DNA of 64,000 bases from Guillardia theta CCMP2712 (Eukaryota; Protista; Cryptophyta). Below are positions 38,884-48,457 of this stretch, piece by piece (positions within the stretch are counted from its first letter, which is position 1; the number at the start of each line of letters is the position of its first letter). A program made the translations under genes and the position numbers. The notes beneath the pieces were generated by a model that saw only the letters and a list, made by a program, of their open reading frames with translations, did not search any database and was not told where the DNA came from. The stretch lies in assembly GCF_000315625.1 (NCBI RefSeq), contig NW_005434537.1:1-64000 (forward strand), written 5' to 3'.

Positions 38884-39234
38884 CTAGTAAAAGAATTTCT
38901 CATTCTTGCTGTCATCCTCAAAGCGTTTGATCTCTTGTTGCATCCGTTTGCTGGTATCGTTGGCAAATAAATGATTGCCTGTAGCGTTGGCAAGGCGGGT
39001 GTGTTGGGCAAGCTGGACCTCGAGAATGTGAATGTGATTGTCAAAGAATTTGACCCTTATGTTGCACGGGATGCGGTCTTCGTAATTCATCTTGAAGTGC
39101 TCAGATTTCCACTCGTAGCGAAAGTGCAATTCGCCTTTGTCGTTCATCTTGGGTGTGAGCGGGACTTCGGTTCTCTTACGCTTGCCATAACCTCCCCAGG
39201 TATACCCTCCAATAGGAATGTTGTAAGTGAACAT
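38884..39234 (-). CDS. AT-rich hypothetical protein with NLS-like KRKR
   Basis: Start MFTYNIP 36 nt after TATTTAA (39270-39276). Confidence 0.6.
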   Translation of the reverse strand: MFTYNIPIGGYTWGGYGKRKRTEVPLTPKMNDKGELHFRYEWKSEHFKMNYEDRIPCNIRVKFFDNHIHILEVQLAQHTRLANATGNHLFANDTSKRMQQEIKRFEDDSKNEKFFY

Positions 39235-39338
39235 TGTCGTTTTCGGTGTCTGATGCTGTGTTGTCCGATTTAAATATGATTTGGAAAAAAAGATAGGAAC
39301 GGGCAAGGTGGGTGGCGGGTTGCTGATTTTTCCTAAGT

Positions 39339-39959
39339 ATGTCCTGGAACAGTCTGGAGGAGTTCATCAGTTTCTTCATCGCGAGCCAGGAGTGCGCGCC
39401 GCTGCCGGTCCTGACGCTCCACGAGGAGAGCGGGGGTGACCGCGTGACGAACGGCTTCGATCTGCTGTTTGAGATGATCCGCCAGTCGATCTACAGCTCG
39501 GCGGCGTTCAGCGACGAGGAGAGGGATGCCATGAAGAGGAAGAAACTGGATCTGCTACGAAGGCTCAGGGCTGCATTGAAGGACATCGACACGGGTTGCT
39601 CCCCCGAGCTCCCGCCCTGGGAGTGGTCGGACGCATCCAAGGAGCGGGTGTACCAGGAGATGTGCCGGTATCTCCGCGACCTTGCCAAGGTGTACGCGAT
39701 GCACGAGGAGATCGACCTGCGCTTTGCCCCCATGGCCGACATCCACCCTTCCCACCCCGTCAACACCGCCGCCGCCGACCACTTCCTCGCGCTGTGCCGG
39801 CTGACCAAGATGGACAGCCCCGACTGGGCCTCTGGAGCTCCGGATGAGTTTAAGAAGCACCTGGATGTTGGCTTAGAAGACCTTGCCCGCCGCCCCTACT
39901 GGCTCAACGTTTGCATCCACGCCTACAAGATCCGCCTGGAGGAGGCGGGGTTGGCTTGA
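39339..39959 (+). CDS. Hypothetical protein
   Basis: 206-aa GC3-biased ORF. Confidence 0.7.
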   Translation: MSWNSLEEFISFFIASQECAPLPVLTLHEESGGDRVTNGFDLLFEMIRQSIYSSAAFSDEERDAMKRKKLDLLRRLRAALKDIDTGCSPELPPWEWSDASKERVYQEMCRYLRDLAKVYAMHEEIDLRFAPMADIHPSHPVNTAAADHFLALCRLTKMDSPDWASGAPDEFKKHLDVGLEDLARRPYWLNVCIHAYKIRLEEAGLA

Positions 39960-40010
39960 ACGTGTCGGGGTGGCGTGTATTTAAGCGACGTGGGGTTGGC
40001 CTGGTTTGAT

Positions 40011-41042
40011 ATGCCATCATCTCTTATGCCGAAACGTATTACAAACAAGGATCCGGATCACCCTTCACAGGCAATGAAGAGGAAAAGGCCCAGTTCACAA
40101 AATAACGGGTCGAACAAGAAGTTAAGGTCCAGTGCAGAAACAAGTGTGGAACCGCAGCCAGTTGTTTCTGATATAATTGCACCTCCCGAGTCTGCAAGCA
40201 GCTCTGCAGTAACAAATTTCTCTGGGCCACCCACCGAGGAATACAGGCAACTCCGCAGTGCGTCTGCATCTTCGAGCATGTCCTCCGTGCGTCGGAACCT
40301 GCTTCCTGCATTCAACAGTTCATCAGATCAGAGGTTTGATCGTCCAGTGATTCTAGAGAATAACCATGAAGAGATCATTCTGGATGCCATCCAGCAGGAG
40401 CCATTCTGGGCCAGGCTCAAGGATTCCATGCCTTCTTGGCCCGATCTCAAGGGCTCCATGCCCCGCATCACCCCCGCGAGGATGATGCTCTTGCTGTCCG
40501 TTCTGGCGATGTTCATCCCGGGATACATGGGACTGGCCCAGCCGTGGAGCCTGAGGTGGAAGGTAAACTTTATGAAGTCCACCGTCAAGGTCCTCGGCGC
40601 TGGACTCGGTGGCTCGAAGGCCATGCTCGTCTACTCTGCGCTGAGCATGTATATCCCTGGCTTCTTCGAGCCCGGCGGCAATCCCATACCAAAACAGGAC
40701 CGCTACGCGCAGCCTCCCATGGGGTTCTGCCCGGCAAACCACACCTTAGCGTTCAGTATGTATGTCATGCCGAATAAGGACCACCGTGTTCAATACCATT
40801 CCCCGGAATTCTGCCCGGTAAACCACACCTTCTGGCGTAACCAAACATGGCGCACCAAAGAAAATATGGGCTTTGACTGGAATGTTCCCCGTGCATTATA
40901 CGACCCTATGCTTCCTTACAGCGTCTTAGCAGCTGTGGCGATGGTTATGGTTCCTTCTATGCATCGAAGGTATGAGTTAGAGCAGCGATTTAGGATGGTT
41001 CCGGCAAGACTTCGGGAAGCCCAAGCAAAACTGAGCAAGTAG
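40011..41042 (+). CDS. Membrane protein with bipartite NLS-like N-terminus
   Basis: KRKRP…KKLR; hydrophobic segments; duplicated FCPxNHT; TATTTAA at 39978-39984. Confidence 0.7.
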   Translation: MPSSLMPKRITNKDPDHPSQAMKRKRPSSQNNGSNKKLRSSAETSVEPQPVVSDIIAPPESASSSAVTNFSGPPTEEYRQLRSASASSSMSSVRRNLLPAFNSSSDQRFDRPVILENNHEEIILDAIQQEPFWARLKDSMPSWPDLKGSMPRITPARMMLLLSVLAMFIPGYMGLAQPWSLRWKVNFMKSTVKVLGAGLGGSKAMLVYSALSMYIPGFFEPGGNPIPKQDRYAQPPMGFCPANHTLAFSMYVMPNKDHRVQYHSPEFCPVNHTFWRNQTWRTKENMGFDWNVPRALYDPMLPYSVLAAVAMVMVPSMHRRYELEQRFRMVPARLREAQAKLSK

Positions 41043-41149
41043 GATCGATGGTAGTCCCCTTTCTTGTATGTGAGTAAATCACGTAGATAATAATACCTGT
41101 GTGTTTTGGCCTCGTATAAAGGGGTTCTTCGAAGGTTTTCTTCAAAAGG

Positions 41150-42880
41150 ATGAATCGCGTGTCTTGGTTATTCTGTGCGTTGGCCCTCTGTCAGCTGCCC
41201 GTGGGGGTCCGTCCGCAGGGCTTCATACCCACGCTGGGGGGCGTCAACGTGATGAGCACGGCGACGCTGCACTCGGCCGCGAGCGTGGAGTACAATTACA
41301 CGAGCAGGGTCTGGTCGATCCACTTGACGTTCGAGAGCGGCTCTGGTGCCACTCCGTACGTGCCTTTCCTCCTTGACCAGCGCTCGCCGACGGGGCCGAG
41401 CCTGAATTTCTTCAGTGAGGTGGCGCCGTGGTGCGGGGTGACCAGAGGGTATTGCTGTTACGGCGACTTCCTGAATTCCACCGTGTACTTCAACGACGCG
41501 CTGTATTCTGCGCTGTCCGGAATTGCAGACTGCGAGGAGCACGTTGGAGAGTGGGCGGCTGTGCTGGCGGGTCCCTTGCTGTCCTCCTACGGCGGGATCC
41601 GGCCATCCTCGCACATTGCCTTTGACTTCCAGACAGGGACGCTCTACATCCCGCACGAAGAGGCGCAAAGATACGGCAAAGAATATCTGGACGAGAACGA
41701 CAAGTATGTGATTGATCTGAGGTTCGCGGCGGTGTTCCAGGGGGGCGGCGGGGAGGGCCTTCTGAACCTGGCGTGGGTCCCGTACCAGGCGGTGCTGCTC
41801 CGGGACATCGACGACCTGTACAAGCGGTCCTACCAGGATGTAAGGGATTGCGTGGATCTGCAGCAGCCCAAGCCCGAGCACTCGTTCTGGCTGGCCAGGT
41901 ACAAGTCCCCGGGTTCGGAGGAGCGGGTGTGCGAGTGGTTCTGCGACATCGGCTACTACAGCTACCCGCTGCACGCTCTGGAGGTGGAGCGGAGGGAGGG
42001 GTACGGCTCGGTGCCGGAGGCGGTGTGTGCGGTCCCGCCCCCAGACGGCATCGCGGTGGGGTACAGCCTGTGGCTGCTGATGAACACGACGGAGCTATCG
42101 CTGGAGCTGGGGCAGGCGGTCGTGCCGCAGAACCTGACGATGGACTCCGCACCCTCTGTGCCGCGTTGGCTGGACTCTCTGGCGGCCAACCTGAGCGCGG
42201 GGCTCGCGCGGGAGGCGGCGGGGATCGCGGGCCGGGCGGTGGGGGTGCGGGCGGTGGCGGAGCTGCGCGACACCAAGTATGCCCGGGAGTGGCGCGTCTA
42301 TATGCAGACGCTGCGGTCGCTTTATGAGAGGAAATTTCCCGGGACTGCCATAGACGGCCTGCAGACGGTGTTCCTGCGGGATGAGCGGTCGGAGCCGTAC
42401 GCTTTCCCTAGCTGGCTGCAGAGCATGGGGGTCTTTGACCAGGAGTCGACGGTGGACATCGGGGTCTACCCCGTCGCAAGGAGGTCCGGGAGGGTGTCCA
42501 TGTCGGTTGGAGGGGGGTCGACGCACTCGAGAAGGCAGCTCTCCGCTCCCCCGCCGATCAACGCGCTGGCGCTGGAGGTGGTCGTCTACCTCGACTCGCA
42601 GGGGTTGACGCTTGGGGACGTGGTGAACTCGATCTTCCAGTCCGGGGTGGCGATGGTGAACAGTACGGAGGTGCGCGGGCTGTGGGGGATGGACATCTAC
42701 GTGCGGGAGATGACGGTGCGGGTGGAGCCTGTGAAGGGGAGATTCAGAGGAGGATTTGTTGTCGTCATCCTCCTCGCAGGGGCCGCCATTTTCCTCCTCT
42801 GCCTTCTCCTGTGCCGGCCCCCCCTGCCATCCTCGTACGAGCGCCTCCGCGCGGTGGGGCGAACTACTGTGGCGGGCTGA
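41150..42880 (+). CDS. Type I membrane glycoprotein (putative envelope protein)
   Basis: Signal peptide, several N-x-S/T sequons, Cys motifs (CCY, CEWFCDIGYY), RRQL site, C-terminal TM FVVVILLAGAAIFLLCLLLC. Confidence 0.75.
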   Translation: MNRVSWLFCALALCQLPVGVRPQGFIPTLGGVNVMSTATLHSAASVEYNYTSRVWSIHLTFESGSGATPYVPFLLDQRSPTGPSLNFFSEVAPWCGVTRGYCCYGDFLNSTVYFNDALYSALSGIADCEEHVGEWAAVLAGPLLSSYGGIRPSSHIAFDFQTGTLYIPHEEAQRYGKEYLDENDKYVIDLRFAAVFQGGGGEGLLNLAWVPYQAVLLRDIDDLYKRSYQDVRDCVDLQQPKPEHSFWLARYKSPGSEERVCEWFCDIGYYSYPLHALEVERREGYGSVPEAVCAVPPPDGIAVGYSLWLLMNTTELSLELGQAVVPQNLTMDSAPSVPRWLDSLAANLSAGLAREAAGIAGRAVGVRAVAELRDTKYAREWRVYMQTLRSLYERKFPGTAIDGLQTVFLRDERSEPYAFPSWLQSMGVFDQESTVDIGVYPVARRSGRVSMSVGGGSTHSRRQLSAPPPINALALEVVVYLDSQGLTLGDVVNSIFQSGVAMVNSTEVRGLWGMDIYVREMTVRVEPVKGRFRGGFVVVILLAGAAIFLLCLLLCRPPLPSSYERLRAVGRTTVAG

Positions 42881-42913
42881 GCGTATTTAGGACGGACGTG
42901 GGAGCCGCGCCGC

Positions 42914-44266
42914 ATGGTTGCTGTGGACCGGATGTCGTACAGGCAGTCTTCGAAGCAGGTAGAGCGCCACAAGCACGTGGGCGAGCTGGATAACCTTCAC
43001 CGTTTCGAGAGCGAGGCCATCGTGACAACCGTGAACGAGATTGCGGAGGGAGGAATGCAGCCGCGGACACGGATTCTTGGGGCGGATGACTGCCATACCC
43101 TGGTCCGGAGCACGCTGACGCTGAGCGGGGCGGACGGATGCGGGAGGGTGCTGGGCTCCGCGATGATGAAGCTCCCTGTCGGGGTGCCGGGCCGGGACGA
43201 CTTTGCCTCGAGCGGAGCGATGCTCTCCCGTCTCCTGGCGCCCGGAAGCAGTCTGTTCGGAGAGCACGAAGAAGTGAGGAGCGCCATGCAGCGGCACCTG
43301 CGCGGGATTTCGGAGGGTGAGGAGATCCAGAAGACAGAAGGGAGAGAGGAGCCCGTGCCCAACAACCTCATGGGCGCGCTGATCTTTGCGGAGGTGGCGA
43401 GGGCCGGGGACCGCTTCGGCCCGTGGGAGGTCCAGTCCAAGATCGGCCCCTGCATGGTCTGCGCGAGGAGCATGGTGCGCGGCAACAGCTCGCACGAGTT
43501 GGAGTGGGCGGCACAGGCGCGGGCTTGCAGGGCCGTGTCCGGGCTCATGGAGAGGGTCGGCCTGGACATCGTCCGCCACTGCATCACGGCGCGGAGGGGC
43601 GCGGAGACCTACACGCTCGACTCGGTCCTCCTCCCCGTCGGCCCGTCCTCCAACGACGCCCTGTGCTGCACGGTGGTGAAGATGGCGGGAGGCGAGGTGC
43701 CGGCGGGCTGGTCGACCCACGTCCACACCGCGGAGTTGAACCAGATCGACACGAGGAAGGGCAGCAACCGCTACGACCTGGTCTGCGCGCAGGCGGCCAA
43801 CCTCCTCCGCCATGCCAAGCAGGTTAGTGCCAAGCACCTGGAGAACCAGGTCCTGCGGGAGGTGCTGCGGATGCGCCCCGAGCCGCTCTCGGACGAAGCG
43901 CGGAGGCTGACGGGCAAGCACAACGGCGCCTACCTCAAGTCGGAGGTGCACCTGCAGCAGCTCAACGACGAGCTGCGGCGGGAGATGACGGCGGCGGAGG
44001 TCGGGGAGGCGGAGGCGTGGGTCGGCCTGGCCATGTCCCGCCGCAGGCCCTACATCCGCTGCGTGCAGGGCTCGATGGCCAAGAACTACGACCCGAGCGG
44101 GCTGGAGGTGTCGACCGTGGGCGCGGAGCTGAACATGAAGTTCTCCTTCTCCGCGCCCTGCGTCACGGAGGCGTTCCAGGGAAGGTCCATCGCCGTGGAG
44201 CTCGGCAACCGCTGGAGGGTGGAGGGCAACACCATAGGGCTGATGCCGAGGCCGTTTGCGGGATAA
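42914..44266 (+). CDS. Hypothetical protein
   Basis: 450-aa GC3-biased ORF; TATTTAG variant box at ~42885. Confidence 0.75.
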   Translation: MVAVDRMSYRQSSKQVERHKHVGELDNLHRFESEAIVTTVNEIAEGGMQPRTRILGADDCHTLVRSTLTLSGADGCGRVLGSAMMKLPVGVPGRDDFASSGAMLSRLLAPGSSLFGEHEEVRSAMQRHLRGISEGEEIQKTEGREEPVPNNLMGALIFAEVARAGDRFGPWEVQSKIGPCMVCARSMVRGNSSHELEWAAQARACRAVSGLMERVGLDIVRHCITARRGAETYTLDSVLLPVGPSSNDALCCTVVKMAGGEVPAGWSTHVHTAELNQIDTRKGSNRYDLVCAQAANLLRHAKQVSAKHLENQVLREVLRMRPEPLSDEARRLTGKHNGAYLKSEVHLQQLNDELRREMTAAEVGEAEAWVGLAMSRRRPYIRCVQGSMAKNYDPSGLEVSTVGAELNMKFSFSAPCVTEAFQGRSIAVELGNRWRVEGNTIGLMPRPFAG

Positions 44267-44315
44267 GTCGTTCTGTTGTATTTAAAGCATACGTGTCCGT
44301 ATCGTCATCCTACAC

Positions 44316-44525
44316 ATGGATATCACTACCTTGTATCTATCTAAGAACTGGACGCCCGAAGCCTTGGGCATGCTGAGTTTTGTGCCGGATGATCTCCGTG
44401 CGCGGGTGAAAGAAATCAGCGAGCGTGATGCGCTTCCTAATGAAGAAAACATTGTTAGGATTGCTGACCTCGAAGCGGCGTGTCGCCTTTTCAACATGGA
44501 CCTGTGGGAGATGATGCTTGAATAA
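44316..44525 (+). CDS. Small hypothetical protein
   Basis: 69 aa; TATTTAA at 44279-44285. Confidence 0.6.
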   Translation: MDITTLYLSKNWTPEALGMLSFVPDDLRARVKEISERDALPNEENIVRIADLEAACRLFNMDLWEMMLE

Positions 44526-44592
44526 GAACCTTCTCCCGTGTATCCCGTTGTAGCCAGTAAAAAATTAAAATCTTAAAGTATCGGTCCACCCC

Positions 44593-45222
44593 TCATCTCA
44601 GCCTTCCTGTAGACAAAGAGCCTGGTGTACTTCTTGCATCTCCTTTTTGGTAAACTAGTAGTCCCGCGTATTCCTTGGAAGGGATGGTCGTGGTTATGAG
44701 CTGCAGCGCCTCCTCCGGGTTCCGGAGGCGGAGCAGCCTTGCGACCATCGGGTCGAAGTGCCACAAGGCGCTGTCCTCCCCGGCGGGCCTGAGCAGCGCC
44801 GTCGTGTGGTGGTGGGCGGTGACGAGGAGGGCCTGGTTGGGCCGCAGGGAGCGGACGGCGGTTCCGAGGTCACGGATGATGCAGCCGCGGTCGCCATCGT
44901 CCTCGAAGCCCTGGATGAAGCCCTCGGGCAGCGCGTCGACGGTCCCCATCACCTCGGTCGCCCCCACTCCCGTTGGGGACTCGATGGCTTCCAAGACGTG
45001 GTAGACAGAGAAGAGCCGTTCCTGCTGGTTGCTGCCCTCGATGAGGATCTTCTGCGTCCGGCTGGCGACCGTCATGATGACGTCCATCTGCGCGCGGGTG
45101 GGCGGGATGCGGACGCCGTAGTCCCCCAGCATGCCGCAGGCGAGGAGGTAGCAGGCCGGGGTGCACATCGTCGCGCCGTGGGGGTAGGTCGCTTGGGATG
45201 GGTAAATGAAGTGGTCGTCCAT
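44593..45222 (-). CDS. Cysteine protease resembling herpes large-tegument deubiquitinase domain (peptidase C76)
   Basis: SQATYPHGATMCTPAC (Gln + catalytic Cys), HTTAL, LWHFDP. Confidence 0.6.
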   Translation of the reverse strand: MDDHFIYPSQATYPHGATMCTPACYLLACGMLGDYGVRIPPTRAQMDVIMTVASRTQKILIEGSNQQERLFSVYHVLEAIESPTGVGATEVMGTVDALPEGFIQGFEDDGDRGCIIRDLGTAVRSLRPNQALLVTAHHHTTALLRPAGEDSALWHFDPMVARLLRLRNPEEALQLITTTIPSKEYAGLLVYQKGDARSTPGSLSTGRLR

Positions 45223-45358
45223 TTCGCAGGGAACGTTTCCTGTCTCCCCCCTTGCTCCTGTGTCCCGTTTTTTGGAGAGAGAGAGAAAAAAAAGTAGCTC
45301 CCGGCGTATAGCTGGGCGCACTTCAGGAGCTACTCCCCAGGTCTGGACGAGAGTTGTC

Positions 45359-45688
45359 ATGACCGAAGACGAAATCCTCGAGCACGTAGAGCAGGCGATG
45401 GACTCTGAGATGCAGGACGTCGAGGTGAAGGCCAAGAAGTCGAGCAAGGGCCGCGCCAAGAAGTCCGAGAGCAAGGGGGTGACCAAGCGCGCCGCGACCG
45501 CCAAGCCGTCAAAGCCGCGCCGCCCCTTCTCCAGGCTCACCGACGAGGTGCTGCAGCAGAGGCAGGACGCCCTGCAGGAGCGCCTCAACGTCTCCAAGGC
45601 GCAGATCACCATCATGAGCAGCAAGTGGCAGAAGTACGAGGACGAGCGGAAGCATCGTGTAGAGGATAAGCAGGAAGATTCGGAGTAG
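45359..45688 (+). CDS. Small basic/coiled-coil protein
   Basis: KAKKSSKGRAKK…KPRRP followed by a coiled coil; AATAAA at ~45698. Confidence 0.7.
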   Translation: MTEDEILEHVEQAMDSEMQDVEVKAKKSSKGRAKKSESKGVTKRAATAKPSKPRRPFSRLTDEVLQQRQDALQERLNVSKAQITIMSSKWQKYEDERKHRVEDKQEDSE

Positions 45689-45823
45689 TGTGCTATGAAT
45701 AAAGCAAGCCGTTCTTTCAAGTGCAAGCCGTGTTTTCCGTGTGCTCCGAAACGAAGAGTCTGCCTCCCTCCCTTTATTTAACCATGCCTTGAGGATTTCG
45801 GTCGAGTTTGGGGTTGGATTGAC

Positions 45824-46534
45824 ATGGAGGCAGAGCAATTTATGAGGATCAAAGACGAGGTGGATACACCCGACTGTCCCTTCAAACCCAAGGAGCGCGG
45901 GAGCGGCAGCTACGAGCGCTGCGTGGTGACCTGCAAGCCCTCCCACGCCTTCAGCGAGGAGATGCAGTCCTTCATTGACAACCAGGTGAACATGCCGCGG
46001 AAGCAGTGGGTGTACGAGGTGATCCGGGGCGAGCGGGAGACGGACAACGTCCTCCTCGACACCCCCGAGTTCGTCTTCCTCCCCGACACCCACGCGCTCA
46101 ACGACGGGAAGACCATCAACTGGCTGGCCGTGGTCAAGGACCGGGGCCTGAAGACCCTCCGCGACCTGCGGGGCTGCCACCTGCCGATGCTCCGCCGCCT
46201 GAGGGTGCAGTGCACCGAGTACATCCTCGCCAACACCGAGTGGAAGCGGCACAACATCATGGCCTACTTCCACTACCTCCCCAGCGTCTTCCAGCTGCAT
46301 GTCCACTTCTGCGCCCCGTACGGGTCCTACACCACCCTCGACGTCTTCAAGGTCCACCCCCTCGACACCGTCATCGGGAACCTGGAGATAGACAGCGAGT
46401 ACTACCGCAAGGCCGTCCTCCCCACCGTGGTGGTGGGCAACTCCGCGCTGCTCGGAGTCTACGGGCTCACCGCCGTGAACAACGACTACAGGAACGTGGA
46501 GTCGCCCGAGATCCAGCCCATAGGATGGAAGTGA
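45824..46534 (+). CDS. Scavenger mRNA decapping enzyme DcpS-like (HIT family)
   Basis: WVYEVI, FVFLPD, LKTLRDL…HLPML, YFHYLPSVFQLHVHF HIT motif. Confidence 0.88.
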   Translation: MEAEQFMRIKDEVDTPDCPFKPKERGSGSYERCVVTCKPSHAFSEEMQSFIDNQVNMPRKQWVYEVIRGERETDNVLLDTPEFVFLPDTHALNDGKTINWLAVVKDRGLKTLRDLRGCHLPMLRRLRVQCTEYILANTEWKRHNIMAYFHYLPSVFQLHVHFCAPYGSYTTLDVFKVHPLDTVIGNLEIDSEYYRKAVLPTVVVGNSALLGVYGLTAVNNDYRNVESPEIQPIGWK

Positions 46535-46611
46535 TGTGAGGGTGTATGCGTTGTCCCTGTCTTGTTTTTAGAACGCTATATAAACCACTGAACATGCCTG
46601 CATCCCGAAAC

Positions 46612-47451
46612 ATGGCGCACAGCATCGCGCAGTACACGGGGACGCGCATCGACTCCTCCGCGAAGCACATCGTCGCCTGCAAGGTGAACGGGAAGGTGTT
46701 TGAGCGGCTGGGGAACCAGGTGAAGCAGCTCACCGATGACAAGTACCGCTACGCCATGCAGAAGGACGAGCTCGTCCTGAGTGTTGCGCTGATGACGGAC
46801 GAGGACGTGGTGAGGGGCGCAGACCGGACGTTCCAGCGCACCTTCGTCAAGCACGCCTACCCTCCCGTGATCACCACCCTGGGGGACAAGCTTCTGGATG
46901 AGCACAAGACGGCCATCCGATTGTATTACCGGAACCTCTCCTTCGAGAACGAGGACGAGGGGATCGTCTACGATAGGAATGGGGTGGATCACTTCTTCCC
47001 CTTCAAGTTCGACTTCGTCGGTGTCAGCGTCGGCACCGCCTATGCCAGCGACCTGACGGGCGACCCCGTGGGCTCCGTCCTGATTGGCGGGATGATGACG
47101 GTGCTGAACGGCCACTTCCCCTGCTACACCGGGGAGCTGGTCCAGTGGTACTTCGACTTCGAATCGGAGGAGTTCGACCCGGACGGGAAGCGGATCGTGC
47201 CTGCTGGGATGGACCACCGTATCCGGTACCCCATCGGCGGAAGGGAGCACTTCTACCAGCAGCGCATGTTCGGGGCGCACGCGGACGCGAACCGGGGGAA
47301 GCAGAACGTGGCGCTGATCAAGCCCTTCCGAAAGATCCGGGACCGAAGAAACTATGCCTACGGGGACAAGGTGAGGGTGATCGGCAGGATCGTGAACGGG
47401 GGGCAGCCCTGGGAGCCCATCGACATCTTCCTGTCCAACACCTTCGTGTAG
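46612..47451 (+). CDS. Putative capsid triplex protein (paralog A)
   Basis: Clear paralog of the next gene; size and tandem pairing fit triplex 1/2; TATATAAA at 46577. Confidence 0.55.
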   Translation: MAHSIAQYTGTRIDSSAKHIVACKVNGKVFERLGNQVKQLTDDKYRYAMQKDELVLSVALMTDEDVVRGADRTFQRTFVKHAYPPVITTLGDKLLDEHKTAIRLYYRNLSFENEDEGIVYDRNGVDHFFPFKFDFVGVSVGTAYASDLTGDPVGSVLIGGMMTVLNGHFPCYTGELVQWYFDFESEEFDPDGKRIVPAGMDHRIRYPIGGREHFYQQRMFGAHADANRGKQNVALIKPFRKIRDRRNYAYGDKVRVIGRIVNGGQPWEPIDIFLSNTFV

Positions 47452-47519
47452 GCCATCGCTTTTTACATCCATGCAAAATCAAAGGTATTTAAGACTGAAG
47501 GGACAGCATCCCGGGAGAT

Positions 47520-48434
47520 ATGGCGAGTGTGGGGCAGATCACGGGCACGCAGGTGCATTCGGGGCCGAAGCACATCCTGCAGTGCCATGTGTCCGAGGAC
47601 GTGCTGCGGATGCTGGCCACCGAGGACACGAGGGAGCGGGTCCACCGCGACAAGATGCTGTACTGCATGCACAAGCACGAGCTCGCGCTGTGCTGCAGCA
47701 TCCCTTACAACACCAGCAACAACATGATGTTCAAGCAAAAGACGGCCTACCCTCCCGTGGTGACCACGCTTGGCTTCATCACCCCAGAGACCCGGAATCT
47801 CATCCGGGCGGTCTACAACGCGCAGACAGTGGAGCAGTTCGAGGAGAGCCGGGAGAACATCATCGCCCGCGCCGCCAGAGACCCGAACTTCAAGTTCTAC
47901 CTCCCACAGTTTACCTTCCAGGGGGTGGCGCAGACCCAGGCGTGGGCGACTTCGAACTTTGGGGACACGATCGGGTCCGTCCTGGTCGCGGGCTTCGCCA
48001 CCGTCATGAATGGCCACTTCCACGCCTACACGGGCGACGTCGTCCACTGGTACTTCGACTTCGAGAGCATCATGTTCGAGGATGACGGGACGAGGAGGCG
48101 GAACGGGGCCTTCAACTCCAATCCAGCGAATGTCAACTTGATCACCGAGGCGAACCCCGACTTCTACAACGCCGATCCGATCCGAATTGGCGAGAAGGCC
48201 GGGGAGCGGAAGGACTACCACGAGATGCGGGAGTACGGCAACTACCCGGAGCTCTACAAGAACCTTGACCGAAGGATCGGAAGCCGGGAGTACAAGCAGA
48301 ACATCATCTACCCGAAGCCCTACCTCTACGACGGCTGCGGGTATGGCGACCGCATCCGCGTCTTCGGGAGGGTGGTGAACGGCGGCAGGCCCTTCGAGCC
48401 CATCGATGTGCTCATCTTCTCGCAGTGTCGTTGA
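47520..48434 (+). CDS. Putative capsid triplex protein (paralog B)
   Basis: Shares AYPPVxTTLG, GSVL…TVxNGHF..YTG..V.WYFDFES, YGD..RV.GR.VNGG.P.EPID with 46612-47451; TATTTAA at 47486-47492. Confidence 0.55.
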   Translation: MASVGQITGTQVHSGPKHILQCHVSEDVLRMLATEDTRERVHRDKMLYCMHKHELALCCSIPYNTSNNMMFKQKTAYPPVVTTLGFITPETRNLIRAVYNAQTVEQFEESRENIIARAARDPNFKFYLPQFTFQGVAQTQAWATSNFGDTIGSVLVAGFATVMNGHFHAYTGDVVHWYFDFESIMFEDDGTRRRNGAFNSNPANVNLITEANPDFYNADPIRIGEKAGERKDYHEMREYGNYPELYKNLDRRIGSREYKQNIIYPKPYLYDGCGYGDRIRVFGRVVNGGRPFEPIDVLIFSQCR

Positions 48435-48457
48435 GTTCATTGAAATAAAATTACAAA

